A stretch of DNA of 58,571 nt. It comes from a virus. Its lineage: Duplodnaviria; Caudoviricetes. Within the stretch, counting starts at the first letter, position 1. Every line of letters begins with the position of its first letter. Shown in pieces: positions 1 to 10,066 of this stretch. The position numbers were made by a program, and so were the translations under genes. The stretch lies in the IMG/VR virus record IMGVR_UViG_3300030060_000055, positions 1-58,571 of that record. One strand, written 5' to 3'. The notes beneath the pieces are model-generated. The model was not told the DNA's origin. It searched no databases and saw only the letters and a program-made list of their open reading frames with translations.

Positions 1-1218
1 CCAGCATGGATAGTTGGCAGACAACCGCATAAGAAGATCATTATGGCTTCACATACTGCTGAACTGTCTCTCCGTTTCGGTAGAATGGTGCGTAACCTTA
101 TTGATAGCGAGGAGTATCAGGATATATTTCCAGACGTAAGTTTGAATCTCGATTCTAAAGCAGCTGGACGATTTGATATATCGGGTGGCGGTGAATATTT
201 TTCAATCGGAGTTGGCGGTGCGGTAACGGGTCGTGGTGCGGATTTGTTAATTATTGATGACCCACACTCAGAACAACAAGGACAGTCTGCTGATCCAAAA
301 ATTTTCGAAAGCACATACGACTGGTATTTATCCGGTCCTAGACAGCGTTTGCAGCCGGGTGGTGCGATTATCATTGTTATGACTAGATGGGGTAAGAAAG
401 ACTTATGTGGTTCTATACTTAAGGATGCAGCTACTAGAGACAATAGTGATGAGTGGGAAGTTATTGAACTGCCAGCTATATTGCCATCAGGCAGAAGTCT
501 ATGGGAAGAATACTGGAAGGTAGATGAACTTGAAAAGATTAAGGCAACCCTACCTATATCACATTGGGAGGCGCAGTATCAACAGAACCCTGTATCGGAA
601 GAAAGTGCTATTGTTAAACGTGAATGGTGGAAGGAATGGGAACATAAAGAACCTCCAGCATGTGAATTCATTATTCAATCATGGGATACCGCTTTCTTAA
701 AAACACAACGCTCTGACTTCTCTGCATGCACTACATGGGGTGTATTCTATAAAGAAGGTGAGAATGGCTATCCTGCTCCACAAGTTATATTGCTGGATGC
801 ATTTCAAGAAAGAATGGAGTTCCCTGAATTAAAACGTAGAGCATTTGAAGAACATCAACTATGGATGCCTGATGCTTTTATTGTTGAGGCAAAAGCTGCT
901 GGTTCACCTTTGATATTTGAATTAAGACAAATGGGCATACCTGTACAAGAGTTTACACCTTCTAGGGGTAACGATAAGATTGCACGTGTAAACGCAGTAG
1001 CAGATTTATTCGCATCAGGTACAGTATGGTATCCGAAGAAAAGATGGGCAGAAGAAGTTGTAGAACAGTTTGCATCTTTTCCTGTAGGAGACCACGATGA
1101 CTTAGTGGACTCTTCAACACAAGCTTTATTAAGATTTAGACAAGGTGGATTTATCAGATTAGAGCATGATGATGATGAGTATGAAGATGTGTCTGATAGG
1201 GTTGCTAAATACTATTAA
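1..1218 (+). CDS. terL: Terminase large subunit, C-terminal part (5' part at 58293-58571)
   Basis: Frame open from base 1 (PAWIVGRQPHKKIIMASHTAELS); TGRGADLLIIDDP Walker B, MTRW motif, nuclease domain with SWDTA and HDDLVDS. Confidence 0.95.
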   Translation, partial: PAWIVGRQPHKKIIMASHTAELSLRFGRMVRNLIDSEEYQDIFPDVSLNLDSKAAGRFDISGGGEYFSIGVGGAVTGRGADLLIIDDPHSEQQGQSADPKIFESTYDWYLSGPRQRLQPGGAIIIVMTRWGKKDLCGSILKDAATRDNSDEWEVIELPAILPSGRSLWEEYWKVDELEKIKATLPISHWEAQYQQNPVSEESAIVKREWWKEWEHKEPPACEFIIQSWDTAFLKTQRSDFSACTTWGVFYKEGENGYPAPQVILLDAFQERMEFPELKRRAFEEHQLWMPDAFIVEAKAAGSPLIFELRQMGIPVQEFTPSRGNDKIARVNAVADLFASGTVWYPKKRWAEEVVEQFASFPVGDHDDLVDSSTQALLRFRQGGFIRLEHDDDEYEDVSDRVAKYY

Positions 1219-1237
1219 TATATTTAAACTGATCTAA

Positions 1238-3646
1238 ATGGCTGAAGAAAACATTGACATAACTGTTGTTGATCCTGAAGTGGTCGCAATAGAAACAGAA
1301 GATGGGGGGATGTTAATTGACTTTGATCCTACCTCCTTAGATGAACAAGTACCCTTTGATGCTAACTTAGCAGAATACTTATCAGAAAAAGATTTATCTT
1401 TCTTAGGACACGAACTTGTGTCAGCTTATGAATCAGATAAAGATTCTAGGTCTGATTGGGAAAAGACATACACAGAAGGTTTAGACAACCTTGGATTAAA
1501 AATAGAAGAACGTAACGAGCCTTGGGCTGGTGCGTGTGGTGTTTATCATCCACTCTTATCAGAAGCGGTTGTACGTTTTCAATCACAAGCTATTACAGAA
1601 ATATTTCCAGCAGCAGGTCCAGTACGAACTAATATAGTTGGCAAGATAACTGACGATAAAGAACAACAAGGTAAACGTGTTCAAGACTATATGAATTATC
1701 TTCTTACAGAAGAAATGAAAGAGTATAGGAATGAAACAGAGAATATGTTGTTTAGTTTGCCTTTAGCTGGATCAGCATTTAAAAAGATTTACTACGATGT
1801 GAACATGCAAAGACCATGTTCCATGTTTATACCAGCAGAAGACTTTGTTGTTAGCTATGGTGCATCTGATTTAAGAACAGCTGCACGTGCTACTCATGTT
1901 ATGAGGATGACATTAAATGATATTTTAAAGTTACAGTACGCTGATTTCTATAGAGAAGTATCTTTACCTCAGTCTAGTATAGGTGCAGATAGGATTAGAG
2001 CGAAGTATGCAGAGTTAGCAGGTGATAATCCTAACTACGAGTACGATGTAAACAGCTATAGCAAAGATGGAATGCACACTTTGTTAGAAATGCATGTAGA
2101 TTTAGACCTAGTAGGTTTTGAAGATGAACGTAATGGCAACAAAACAGGTATTGCTTTGCCTTATGTAGTAACAATAGATCAAGGATCAGGTGAAGTTCTA
2201 TCAATCAGGCGTAATTATTTAGAGTCTGACCCCATGAAAGAGCGTAGACAACACTTTGTTCACTATAAATACATGCCCGGATTAGGCTTTTATGGGTTCG
2301 GATTGATACATATGGTAGGTGGACTAGCAAAATCTGCTACTTCTTTGCTTAGACAACTGGTTGATGCAGGTACTTTAGCTAATTTACCGGGTGGTTTGAA
2401 GACTAGAGGTCTTAGAATCAAGGGTGATGACACTCCAATCTATCCCGGAGAGTTCCGTGATGTAGATATTCCGGGTGGAAGCATCAGAGACAACATAACT
2501 TTCCTTCCATATAAAGAACCATCAGGCACTTTGTACCAATTATTAGGAAATATTGTAGAGGAAGGACGTAGATTTGCTTCTATAACAGACTTGAAGGTGT
2601 CTGACATGAACAATCAAGCACCTGTAGGTACGACATTAGCGTTATTAGAGCGCAATATGAAGGTGATGGGCGCGATTCAAGCTAGATTACACGCATCCAT
2701 GCGCCAAGAACTAGGAATCTTGTCGGATATCATCAAAGATTACATGCCAGCAGACTACGAATACGAAGTTGATGGCGATACAGCCATAAAAGCTGTAGAT
2801 TTTGACGAAAGAGTAGACATAATTCCAGTATCAGACCCAAATGCAGCAACAATGGCGCAAAGAATCATGCAATATCAGGCAGCTTTGCAACTTGCACAGT
2901 CTGCACCACAGTTATATGACCTACCAAAGCTACACAGACAGATGTTAGAGGTGTTAGGCATACGTGATGCGCAAGATATCGTGCCATTAGAGGATGACAT
3001 CAATCCTACAGACCCTGTATCAGAGAATATGGACATACTTAATGGCAAACCTGTAAAAGCTTTCGAGTATCAAGACCATGCTGCACATATCACAGTGCAT
3101 ATGTCTATGTTACAAGACCCCAAGATACAAGAACTTGCTGCCCAAGCACCTAACGCTGACGCAATACAGGCTGCACTAAGCAATCACATAGTAGAACACT
3201 TAGGATTTGAATACAGAAGGCAGATAGAAGAGGAGATAGGAACTAAACTACCACCTGTAGGAGAACCACTACCACCAGAAATAGAACTAAGACTATCAAC
3301 TCTAGTGGCAGCAGCAGCACAACAACTGCTTGGTAAAAACTTACAAGCTGCTCAGATGGAACAGGCACAAGAACAGATGCAAGACCCTGTTCTACAAATG
3401 CAACAACAGGAACTTGCTATCAAAGCACAACAAGCACAAGACAAAACAAACACTGATGAGGCACGTATAGCTGCTGACTTAGAGAAAGCTAGAATGAAAG
3501 ATGAACTAGAACGTATTAAGATCGAAGCTGATCTTGAAATGGCTGGTGCTAAAGTCGGTGCTGATATAGCTAGAGTATCTGCACAAGAAAGAACTAAAGG
3601 TGCAGAGATAGGTAGAAAGATAGCAGATACACTTACTAAAGATTAA
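1238..3646 (+). CDS. Portal protein
   Basis: 802 aa directly after terL; podovirus portal-like motifs (FYGFGLIH, LRQLVDAGTLANLPGG); Q-rich coiled-coil C-terminus. Confidence 0.9.
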   Translation: MAEENIDITVVDPEVVAIETEDGGMLIDFDPTSLDEQVPFDANLAEYLSEKDLSFLGHELVSAYESDKDSRSDWEKTYTEGLDNLGLKIEERNEPWAGACGVYHPLLSEAVVRFQSQAITEIFPAAGPVRTNIVGKITDDKEQQGKRVQDYMNYLLTEEMKEYRNETENMLFSLPLAGSAFKKIYYDVNMQRPCSMFIPAEDFVVSYGASDLRTAARATHVMRMTLNDILKLQYADFYREVSLPQSSIGADRIRAKYAELAGDNPNYEYDVNSYSKDGMHTLLEMHVDLDLVGFEDERNGNKTGIALPYVVTIDQGSGEVLSIRRNYLESDPMKERRQHFVHYKYMPGLGFYGFGLIHMVGGLAKSATSLLRQLVDAGTLANLPGGLKTRGLRIKGDDTPIYPGEFRDVDIPGGSIRDNITFLPYKEPSGTLYQLLGNIVEEGRRFASITDLKVSDMNNQAPVGTTLALLERNMKVMGAIQARLHASMRQELGILSDIIKDYMPADYEYEVDGDTAIKAVDFDERVDIIPVSDPNAATMAQRIMQYQAALQLAQSAPQLYDLPKLHRQMLEVLGIRDAQDIVPLEDDINPTDPVSENMDILNGKPVKAFEYQDHAAHITVHMSMLQDPKIQELAAQAPNADAIQAALSNHIVEHLGFEYRRQIEEEIGTKLPPVGEPLPPEIELRLSTLVAAAAQQLLGKNLQAAQMEQAQEQMQDPVLQMQQQELAIKAQQAQDKTNTDEARIAADLEKARMKDELERIKIEADLEMAGAKVGADIARVSAQERTKGAEIGRKIADTLTKD

Positions 3647-3840
3647 TGGAAGTTGATATAAAGTTTACAGAAGACTTGACACAGAGTTTAAACGATGAGA
3701 TAAATAGAATTACTGAAGTCATTATAGATGGAGAAATAAAGGACCTTACGGAACTTTACCACTATAAGGGCAAGATCGAAGGGTTACGTATTGCCCTCCG
3801 TGAGATAACTGATAAATATAATTCAGTTGTAGAAAGTTAA
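3646..3840 (+). CDS. Small head-module protein
   Basis: TAATG-coupled to portal; 64 aa; usual position between portal and co-chaperonin. Confidence 0.7.
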   Translation: MEVDIKFTEDLTQSLNDEINRITEVIIDGEIKDLTELYHYKGKIEGLRIALREITDKYNSVVES

Positions 3841-3914
3841 TACGCACCTTTCATGGTGAAAGGAAAGGAGAACGTCAAACTCCTATATATATTTGATGCA
3901 ACATAAGGAAACTT

Positions 3915-4301
3915 ATGACAGTTGAAGCAGTAAAAGAGGAAGCTGTAGAGCAAGCGGAATCCGCAGAACCTACACAACTTCCCGAACCTCAAGGGTATAA
4001 AATATTGATAGCACTACCAGAACACGAAGAAGTATCTGATGGTGGTATTATTATTGCAGACCAATATAGAAAGAGAGAGGAGACAGCATCCATAGTGGGT
4101 TTTGTTTTAAAGATGGGTCCAGATTGCTATAAAGATGAAACTAGATTTCCTACAGGACCATACTGTAAGGAAGGCGATTTTATTATTATGAGATCATATA
4201 GTGGCACACGCATGAGTATTCATGGCAAAGAATTTAGACTTATTAATGATGATACTGTAGAAGCTGTTGTAGATGACCCTAGAGGAATAGAGAAAGCATG
4301 A
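3915..4301 (+). CDS. groES: GroES/Cpn10-like co-chaperonin
   Basis: PQGYKILI, GGIII mobile-loop motif, VLKMGP, YSGT, GKEFRLINDDTVEAVV. Confidence 0.9.
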   Translation: MTVEAVKEEAVEQAESAEPTQLPEPQGYKILIALPEHEEVSDGGIIIADQYRKREETASIVGFVLKMGPDCYKDETRFPTGPYCKEGDFIIMRSYSGTRMSIHGKEFRLINDDTVEAVVDDPRGIEKA

Positions 4302-5245
4302 TGGAAGAAGCACAAGCTTTAGAAGAAGAACTTGCTCCTACTACAGAAGTACAAGTACCTGTACCTGATGTAGAGATAGAAGTAGTTGATGATCGTCCAG
4401 TAGAGGATCAAAGACCACCAAAGCAAGAATTATCCGATGATGATGTCGATGAAGAAATAGAAGGCATCGGTGAAAGAACTAAAAAACGTATAGACAAACT
4501 TAAGTTTGATTATCACGAAGAGCGCAGAAAAGCAGAAGCTGCCCAAAAAGTAAGGGATGAAGCTGCTGGCATAGCAAAACAGTTACATGATGAGAATCAG
4601 AGACTTAAAGCTACAGTTGCTAAAAGTGAAGATGCGTTACTTAATAGTTTAAAAACTAAAACCTCTACTGAGATAGAGGCAGCTAAAGAAACTTATAAGC
4701 AAGCATATGAGGCTGGTGACACAGAAAAGTTATTAGAGGCACAAGAAAAGTTATCATCAGCTTATGCTGATAAAAACTATGTTGATAATTATCAACCACA
4801 AATGCCTCAACCAGTACAGCAACCTCAACCACAACAATATGCACAACCTCAATACGCACAACCAACACAAGAACAGGTATCTATAGACCCTGCTGCTGCT
4901 GAATACATAAGGCAGAATCCTTGGTTTGAACGTGCTGGCGATGAGGATATGACAGCATTAGCTTATGGTATGCACGCTAAATTAGTAAGAGAAGGAATCG
5001 ATCCTGTGAGAGACTCTGAAACTTATTATTCAAGAGTAGACGAAGCTGTAAAACAAAGATTTCCAGAACGCTTTGAGGAGAACACTGCATCCTCACAGCG
5101 ACCCTCGACTGTGGTAGCACCTGCTAATAGAGCAAGTACTAAACAGCGCACAGTGCAGTTAACCAAGACTCAAGTTACTCTCGCCAAGAAACTTGGACTT
5201 ACACCAGAACAATACGCAGCGCAATATGCGAAGGAGCAAAGATAA
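4298..5245 (+). CDS. Putative scaffolding protein
   Basis: Acidic coiled-coil protein upstream of capsid genes; C-terminal AKKLGLTPEQYA motif. Confidence 0.7.
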   Translation: MMEEAQALEEELAPTTEVQVPVPDVEIEVVDDRPVEDQRPPKQELSDDDVDEEIEGIGERTKKRIDKLKFDYHEERRKAEAAQKVRDEAAGIAKQLHDENQRLKATVAKSEDALLNSLKTKTSTEIEAAKETYKQAYEAGDTEKLLEAQEKLSSAYADKNYVDNYQPQMPQPVQQPQPQQYAQPQYAQPTQEQVSIDPAAAEYIRQNPWFERAGDEDMTALAYGMHAKLVREGIDPVRDSETYYSRVDEAVKQRFPERFEENTASSQRPSTVVAPANRASTKQRTVQLTKTQVTLAKKLGLTPEQYAAQYAKEQR

Positions 5246-5718
5246 TGGAAAAGTCAGAACAAAATGATGTTCAAGAGCGCAACCCACGTGAATTAGAGTC
5301 AAGAGACTCTGAGCAACGAGAACAACCTTGGTCTCCCCCAAACTTGTTGCCTGACCCTAAACCTGAACCCGGATATGTTTTCCGTTGGATACGTACAGCA
5401 TCTGCTGGACAGTCTGACAATATGAATGTATCAACTAAGTTCAGAGAAGGTTGGACACCTGTTAAAGCAGAGGATCATCCTGAATTGCAAATGGTTAGGG
5501 ATACTAACTCGCAGTTCAAAGATGGTGTAGAGGTAGGTGGATTGCTTTTATGTAAAGCACCTGAAGAAGAAATCAAGAAGCGTGCTGATTATTATATTCA
5601 GCAAGCGGATCAACAGATGTCTGCTTTAGATGCTAACTACATGAGGGATGAAAACCCTGCCATGCCTATGTTTAAAGAAAGGAAGACACAGGTTACTTTT
5701 GGTAAAGGTGGTAAGTAA
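5245..5718 (+). CDS. Conserved head-module protein
   Basis: Coupled ORF; PGYVFRWIR and GGLLLCK motifs; between scaffold and capsid genes. Confidence 0.65.
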   Translation: MEKSEQNDVQERNPRELESRDSEQREQPWSPPNLLPDPKPEPGYVFRWIRTASAGQSDNMNVSTKFREGWTPVKAEDHPELQMVRDTNSQFKDGVEVGGLLLCKAPEEEIKKRADYYIQQADQQMSALDANYMRDENPAMPMFKERKTQVTFGKGGK

Positions 5719-5761
5719 TTACTATCTTTTTTGTTAAATTTTTGTATAAAAGGTATATAAA

Positions 5762-6343
5762 ATGAGTAGTTCAGCAACACCTTACGGAGCAAGACCTGTT
5801 GGCACTTTGAGTGCAAGCGGTTCTTTCACCGGCAAGGTAAGACATTACGGCATAGCTTCTGGCTATGGCACTGCAATTTTCTATGGCGATTTCGTTAAGT
5901 TAGTTGCTGCTGGTACAGTCGAAAAAGACACTGGCACAACTTCATTGACTCCCGTAGGAATTTTTCTAGGTGTATCTTATACCGATCCAAATACAAGCCA
6001 GAAAACTTTTTCTCAATACTTTCCAGCAAGTACAGCAGCTGATGATATTCAAGCTTATGTATTGGATGACCCAAATGTTCTTTTCGAAATGCAAGCAGAT
6101 GGCTCAGCCGCTGTGACCAATATCGGAAACAATGTAGCGGTAGTTCAAACTGCTGGTTCAACAAGTATTGGAACAAGTAAAAACGCCATTGATATATCTA
6201 CAGCAGCCACTACGACTGCTACACTTCCTGTAAGGATAGTAGATATCTCGCCTAAATCTGACAACTCAAGCGGTGATTCATACACTGACTTAGTTGCTAA
6301 GTTTAATGCGGGGCATATCATGGACAATACAACTGGCATATAA
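5762..6343 (+). CDS. Putative capsid decoration/minor capsid protein
   Basis: Beta-rich 193 aa protein immediately upstream of major capsid. Confidence 0.6.
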   Translation: MSSSATPYGARPVGTLSASGSFTGKVRHYGIASGYGTAIFYGDFVKLVAAGTVEKDTGTTSLTPVGIFLGVSYTDPNTSQKTFSQYFPASTAADDIQAYVLDDPNVLFEMQADGSAAVTNIGNNVAVVQTAGSTSIGTSKNAIDISTAATTTATLPVRIVDISPKSDNSSGDSYTDLVAKFNAGHIMDNTTGI

Positions 6344-6356
6344 AGGAGAATAAGAA

Positions 6357-7271
6357 ATGGCAATTTCAAGAGCGCAGTTACTTAAAGAACTCCTTCCGGG
6401 ATTAAATGCCCTGTTTGGATTAGAGTATGCTAAATACGAGAATGAGCATGAGCAGATTTATGAAACAGAAACTTCTGACAGATCGTTTGAAGAAGAAGTG
6501 AAGTTAAGTGGATTTGGTCAAGCTTCTGTTAAAGATGAAGGTTCAGCTATCAATTACGATACTGCACAAGAATCCTTTAGCACTCGTTACAACCATGAAA
6601 CAATAGCGATGGGTTTTGCTATAACTGAAGAAGCGATGGAGGATAACCTCTATGATTCGCTTTCTGCACGTTATACTAAAGCACTTGCTAGAAGCATGGC
6701 TTACACAAAGCAAGTAAAAGCTGCGAATCCTCTTAACCAAGGATTCTCAGGTGGTTCGTTCAATTCTGGCGATGGTGTAGATTTGTTTTCTACTGCACAC
6801 CCTTTGGTGTCAGGAGGAACAAACTCCAACACATTTGCAACACAAGCAGACCTTAATGAAACTTCATTAGAGAACGCTGTGATTCAAATAGCTGGATGGA
6901 CTGATGAGCGTGGACTGTTAATAGCAGCTAAACCACGTAAGCTTATCGTTCCACCAAACGGCATGTTTACTGCTTCACGTATCTTAGAATCTGATGGTAG
7001 ACCAGCGACAGCTGATAACGATCTCAACGCAATCAAAGCGAATGGAAGCATTCCTGAAGGTTACGTTGTTAATCACTTCCTAACAGACACTAATGCATTC
7101 TTCATAATGACAGACGTACCAAATGGCTTTAAGCACTTTGCACGTACTCCATTAGAAACAAGTATGGATGGTGACTTTGATACTGGTAATGTAAGATACA
7201 AAGCAAGAGAAAGATATTCCTTTGGAGTGTCTGATCCACTAGGTATTTTTGGTTCTTCGGGATCAAGCTAG
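6357..7271 (+). CDS. Major capsid protein (HK97 fold, Mu gpT-like)
   Basis: MAISRAQLLKELLPGLNALFG start, GDGVDLFSTAHP, RYKARERYSFG; strong RBS (AAGGAG); downstream terminator. Confidence 0.92.
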   Translation: MAISRAQLLKELLPGLNALFGLEYAKYENEHEQIYETETSDRSFEEEVKLSGFGQASVKDEGSAINYDTAQESFSTRYNHETIAMGFAITEEAMEDNLYDSLSARYTKALARSMAYTKQVKAANPLNQGFSGGSFNSGDGVDLFSTAHPLVSGGTNSNTFATQADLNETSLENAVIQIAGWTDERGLLIAAKPRKLIVPPNGMFTASRILESDGRPATADNDLNAIKANGSIPEGYVVNHFLTDTNAFFIMTDVPNGFKHFARTPLETSMDGDFDTGNVRYKARERYSFGVSDPLGIFGSSGSS

Positions 7272-7278
7272 TAACTTG

Positions 7279-7315
7279 AGGGGAGTTGAAATGATATATA
7301 CTCCCCTTTCTTTCT
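7279..7315 (+). terminator. Rho-independent terminator after capsid gene
   Basis: AGGGGAGT (7279-7286) / ACTCCCCT (7300-7307) stem followed by TTCTTTCT. Confidence 0.75.
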
Positions 7316-7380
7316 AGGGATTAAATTAATCTATCGACTGCCCTAGCAGACTCGCCAAGACGATAGAATTTATTAAGGAG
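7314..7380 (+). ncRNA. Candidate pseudoknotted cis-regulatory leader RNA
   Basis: Crossing stems CTAGGG(7314-19)/CCCTAG(7341-46) and TCTATCG(7330-36)/CGATAGA(7361-67), ending near RBS AAGGAG. Confidence 0.45.
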
Positions 7381-7387
7381 ACTTAGT

Positions 7388-7894
7388 ATGGCAAAATCAA
7401 CATTTTCAGGACCGGTTAGATCACTAGCTGGTTTTATTTCAGCAGGTAATGCTACAGTAACTAGCCTTACTGCTGACACAACTCTCACAGTCGCAGCACA
7501 CTCAGGTAAGATACTTACTTGTAATGACGCTGATGGTAAATTTACTTTACCTAGCATTGTGGCTACAGCACCAAATTCAGATGATGATCCGAATCAACTT
7601 AATAACTTAGGTGCTTCATTTACTTTTGTAATTGAAACAGCAGCTACAGACCTAGATATTTTAACTGATGGAACTGATAAGTTCGTTGGTGGACTGTATA
7701 TGGGTAAAAGCGATGCAGCAGGTAAAACATTTTTCTCAGGTGCAAGCAATGATGTTATAACTTTAAATGGTACAACTAAAGGCGGTATAGCTGGAACTAT
7801 CATTAGAGTTACAGCAATAGCTTCAGCTAAGTATGCAGTAGAGGGTATTAACCTTGCTTCTGGTACTGTAGTAACTCCATTTGCTGACGCTTAA
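7388..7894 (+). CDS. Putative virion structural protein
   Basis: MAKSTFSGPVRS start; A/T/G-rich beta protein after capsid; strong RBS. Confidence 0.7.
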   Translation: MAKSTFSGPVRSLAGFISAGNATVTSLTADTTLTVAAHSGKILTCNDADGKFTLPSIVATAPNSDDDPNQLNNLGASFTFVIETAATDLDILTDGTDKFVGGLYMGKSDAAGKTFFSGASNDVITLNGTTKGGIAGTIIRVTAIASAKYAVEGINLASGTVVTPFADA

Positions 7895-7905
7895 GGGGGT
7901 CTATA

Positions 7906-8340
7906 ATGGCTGATGCAGTAACAACACAAACTATCTTAGACGATGGTGGTAAAAACTTAATAGTTAAATTAACTAATATAAGTGATGGCACTGGTGAAAG
8001 TGATGTCACTAAAGTTGATGTATCTGCTTTAACTTCAGGTATTAATGGTCAAGCATGTTCAGGTATAAATATAAATAGGATATGGTTTAGTAATGTAGGT
8101 ATGGGTTTCAAATTATTTTGGAATGCATCCTCAAATGTATTTGTATTAGAAGCAGGAGCAGATCAAACTGATACTTGGGATTTTACTTGGAGTAGTAAAA
8201 ATTTGCCGGGAATACCTAATAATGCAGGTAGTGGAAAAAATGGTGATCTATTATTAACAACTGTTGGACACACCAGCGGTGATACTTATAGCATCATTAT
8301 TTGGGCAAATAAAAGTTACGATACTGCTACTACAGCGTAA
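7906..8340 (+). CDS. Putative virion structural protein
   Basis: 144 aa beta-rich ORF with RBS in head module. Confidence 0.6.
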   Translation: MADAVTTQTILDDGGKNLIVKLTNISDGTGESDVTKVDVSALTSGINGQACSGININRIWFSNVGMGFKLFWNASSNVFVLEAGADQTDTWDFTWSSKNLPGIPNNAGSGKNGDLLLTTVGHTSGDTYSIIIWANKSYDTATTA

Positions 8341-8537
8341 TGTCTAAGTCAGTAGAAACTGATAACTTACCTTTAGAAGCACGTTTAAGTGGTTTAGAAA
8401 GAGAGTACGCTCTACGTTATGAGTACATAGAGCGTAGACTCGATGAAGGTAGCAAGAAGTTTTTAAGAATAGAAAATATGCTGTGGGGTCTTTATGGTTT
8501 AGTTTCTGTTGCAGTCGCATATATTAAATTTATATGA
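8340..8537 (+). CDS. Small coiled-coil protein with C-terminal TM helix
   Basis: Hydrophobic C-terminus MLWGLYGLVSVAVAYIKFI. Confidence 0.55.
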   Translation: MSKSVETDNLPLEARLSGLEREYALRYEYIERRLDEGSKKFLRIENMLWGLYGLVSVAVAYIKFI

Positions 8538-8851
8538 TGGAAGAATCTGTAAAGAAAAAAATTAATCTTGAAGTAGAGATAGATGCTAATGCAAATAGTG
8601 CAGGTGACAATCCTTTTCAGAAGTGGATACACCTAGCAAGAACTGTTGATGCTTGGAGAATATTTCCAAGAGCGTTTGTAACTGTATATATCATATTACT
8701 TTATAAAGTTGTCACTTGGTTCATGGACATACCAGAACCTAACTTAGAACAAGCAGGTCTTGTGTCTATAGTGGTTGGTGCTATGGCAGCAGTCTTTGGT
8801 ATATATGCTGGTACATCAGGACAAAGTAAAAAGTTTAAAGGTGAGGATTAA
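8534..8851 (+). CDS. Two-TM membrane protein, possible holin
   Basis: DAWRIFPR followed by two hydrophobic helices and a basic tail. Confidence 0.55.
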   Translation: MMEESVKKKINLEVEIDANANSAGDNPFQKWIHLARTVDAWRIFPRAFVTVYIILLYKVVTWFMDIPEPNLEQAGLVSIVVGAMAAVFGIYAGTSGQSKKFKGED

Positions 8852-9132
8852 TGGCTAAAGACTCTAAGTTAAAAAATGCAGGAGTAAGTGGATACAATAA
8901 GCCAAAACGAACACCAAATCATCCTAAAAAATCACACGTAGTTGTTGCCAAGAAAGGCGACAAAACTAAAACAATACGTTTTGGTCAACAGGGTGTTAAA
9001 GGTGCTGGCAAAAATCCTAAGTCTAAAAAAGATAAAGCACGTAAGAAATCATACTATGCAAGACACAATGCACAAGATGCTAGTCCAGATAAGTTTAGCG
9101 CAAGGTATTGGAGTCATAAGGTTAAATGGTAA
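8851..9132 (+). CDS. Small Lys-rich basic protein
   Basis: TIRFGQQG, RKKSYYARH, SARYWSHKVKW. Confidence 0.75.
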   Translation: MAKDSKLKNAGVSGYNKPKRTPNHPKKSHVVVAKKGDKTKTIRFGQQGVKGAGKNPKSKKDKARKKSYYARHNAQDASPDKFSARYWSHKVKW

Positions 9133-9344
9133 TAAGTAGAACTCAAACTAAAAAACAAATGACAGGCAAAAAAAAGAAATCAAGGGTAAATGAAGCTGGT
9201 AATTATACAAAGCCGGGTATGCGTGAGAGAATGTTTAAACGTATTAAGGCTGGTGGTAAAGGTGGAAAGCCCGGACAATGGAGTGCTAGGAAAGCACAGA
9301 TGTTAGCTAAACAATATAAATCAAAAGGTGGAGGATATAAGTGA
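9126..9344 (+). CDS. Small Lys-rich basic protein
   Basis: [27 protein letters not shown] motif. Confidence 0.75.
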   Translation: MVISRTQTKKQMTGKKKKSRVNEAGNYTKPGMRERMFKRIKAGGKGGKPGQWSARKAQMLAKQYKSKGGGYK

Positions 9345-9466
9345 GCAAAGACTTAGAACCAGTAGTAAAGCAGTTGCAGAAAGCATCTAAGATGCATGCA
9401 GCGCAAGCTAAGATAGTAAAGAACCATATAAAGACTATGCACAATGCCGCTAAAAAAAGGAAGTAG
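9341..9466 (+). CDS. Small basic protein, 41 aa (not in ORF track)
   Basis: GTGA overlap with upstream stop, GGAGG RBS; [41 protein letters not shown]. Confidence 0.6.
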   Translation: MSKDLEPVVKQLQKASKMHAAQAKIVKNHIKTMHNAAKKRK

Positions 9467-9596
9467 TCAGAAGGTTATATCTTCTAATATTTCTAAATTA
9501 AAAAAAGAAGGGAGACCACAGAAACAAGCAGTGGCTATTTCATTAGATAAAGCATATGGCAAGAGACCCAAAAGAAGGAACGGGAAAAAAACCTAA
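9444..9596 (+). CDS. Small basic protein, 50 aa (not in ORF track)
   Basis: [38 protein letters not shown], a motif typical of small phage head-region proteins. Confidence 0.7.
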   Translation: MPLKKGSSQKVISSNISKLKKEGRPQKQAVAISLDKAYGKRPKRRNGKKT

Positions 9597-9858
9597 AGGA
9601 AGCGGAAGACGTTTATATACAGATGAAAATCCTAAAGATACAGTACCCATTAAGTTTGCAACACCTACAGATGCAAGGAAAACAGTTGCAAAAGTCAAAC
9701 GAATTAAAAAACCTTTTGCTAGAAAAATACAAATACTTACAGTCGGAGAACAAAGATCAAAAGTTATGGGTAAATCTGAGGTCTCTAATATATTTAAAAA
9801 GGGTAAAGACTCAATAAGAAAAACGCATGGCAATAGCAAAAAGTCAAAAAAGTCTTAA
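9556..9858 (+). CDS. Small Lys-rich basic protein
   Basis: [23 protein letters not shown] motif. Confidence 0.7.
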   Translation: MARDPKEGTGKKPKGSGRRLYTDENPKDTVPIKFATPTDARKTVAKVKRIKKPFARKIQILTVGEQRSKVMGKSEVSNIFKKGKDSIRKTHGNSKKSKKS

Positions 9859-10066
9859 AGACTGGACTAAACAAAAATGGCGTACTAAGTCAGGCAAGAA
9901 GTCGTCTGATACAGGAGAAAGATATCTTCCTGAAAAAGCTATCAAAGCTATGTCAAGTTCACAATATGCAGCTACTACTAAAAAGAAAAGAGCAGATACT
10001 AAGAAAGGTAAACAATTTTCTAAACAACCTAAGTCTGCTGCAAAGATATCAAAGAGGTATAGGTAA
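9827..10066 (+). CDS. Small Lys-rich basic protein
   Basis: [30 protein letters not shown]. Confidence 0.7.
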   Translation: MAIAKSQKSLKDWTKQKWRTKSGKKSSDTGERYLPEKAIKAMSSSQYAATTKKKRADTKKGKQFSKQPKSAAKISKRYR

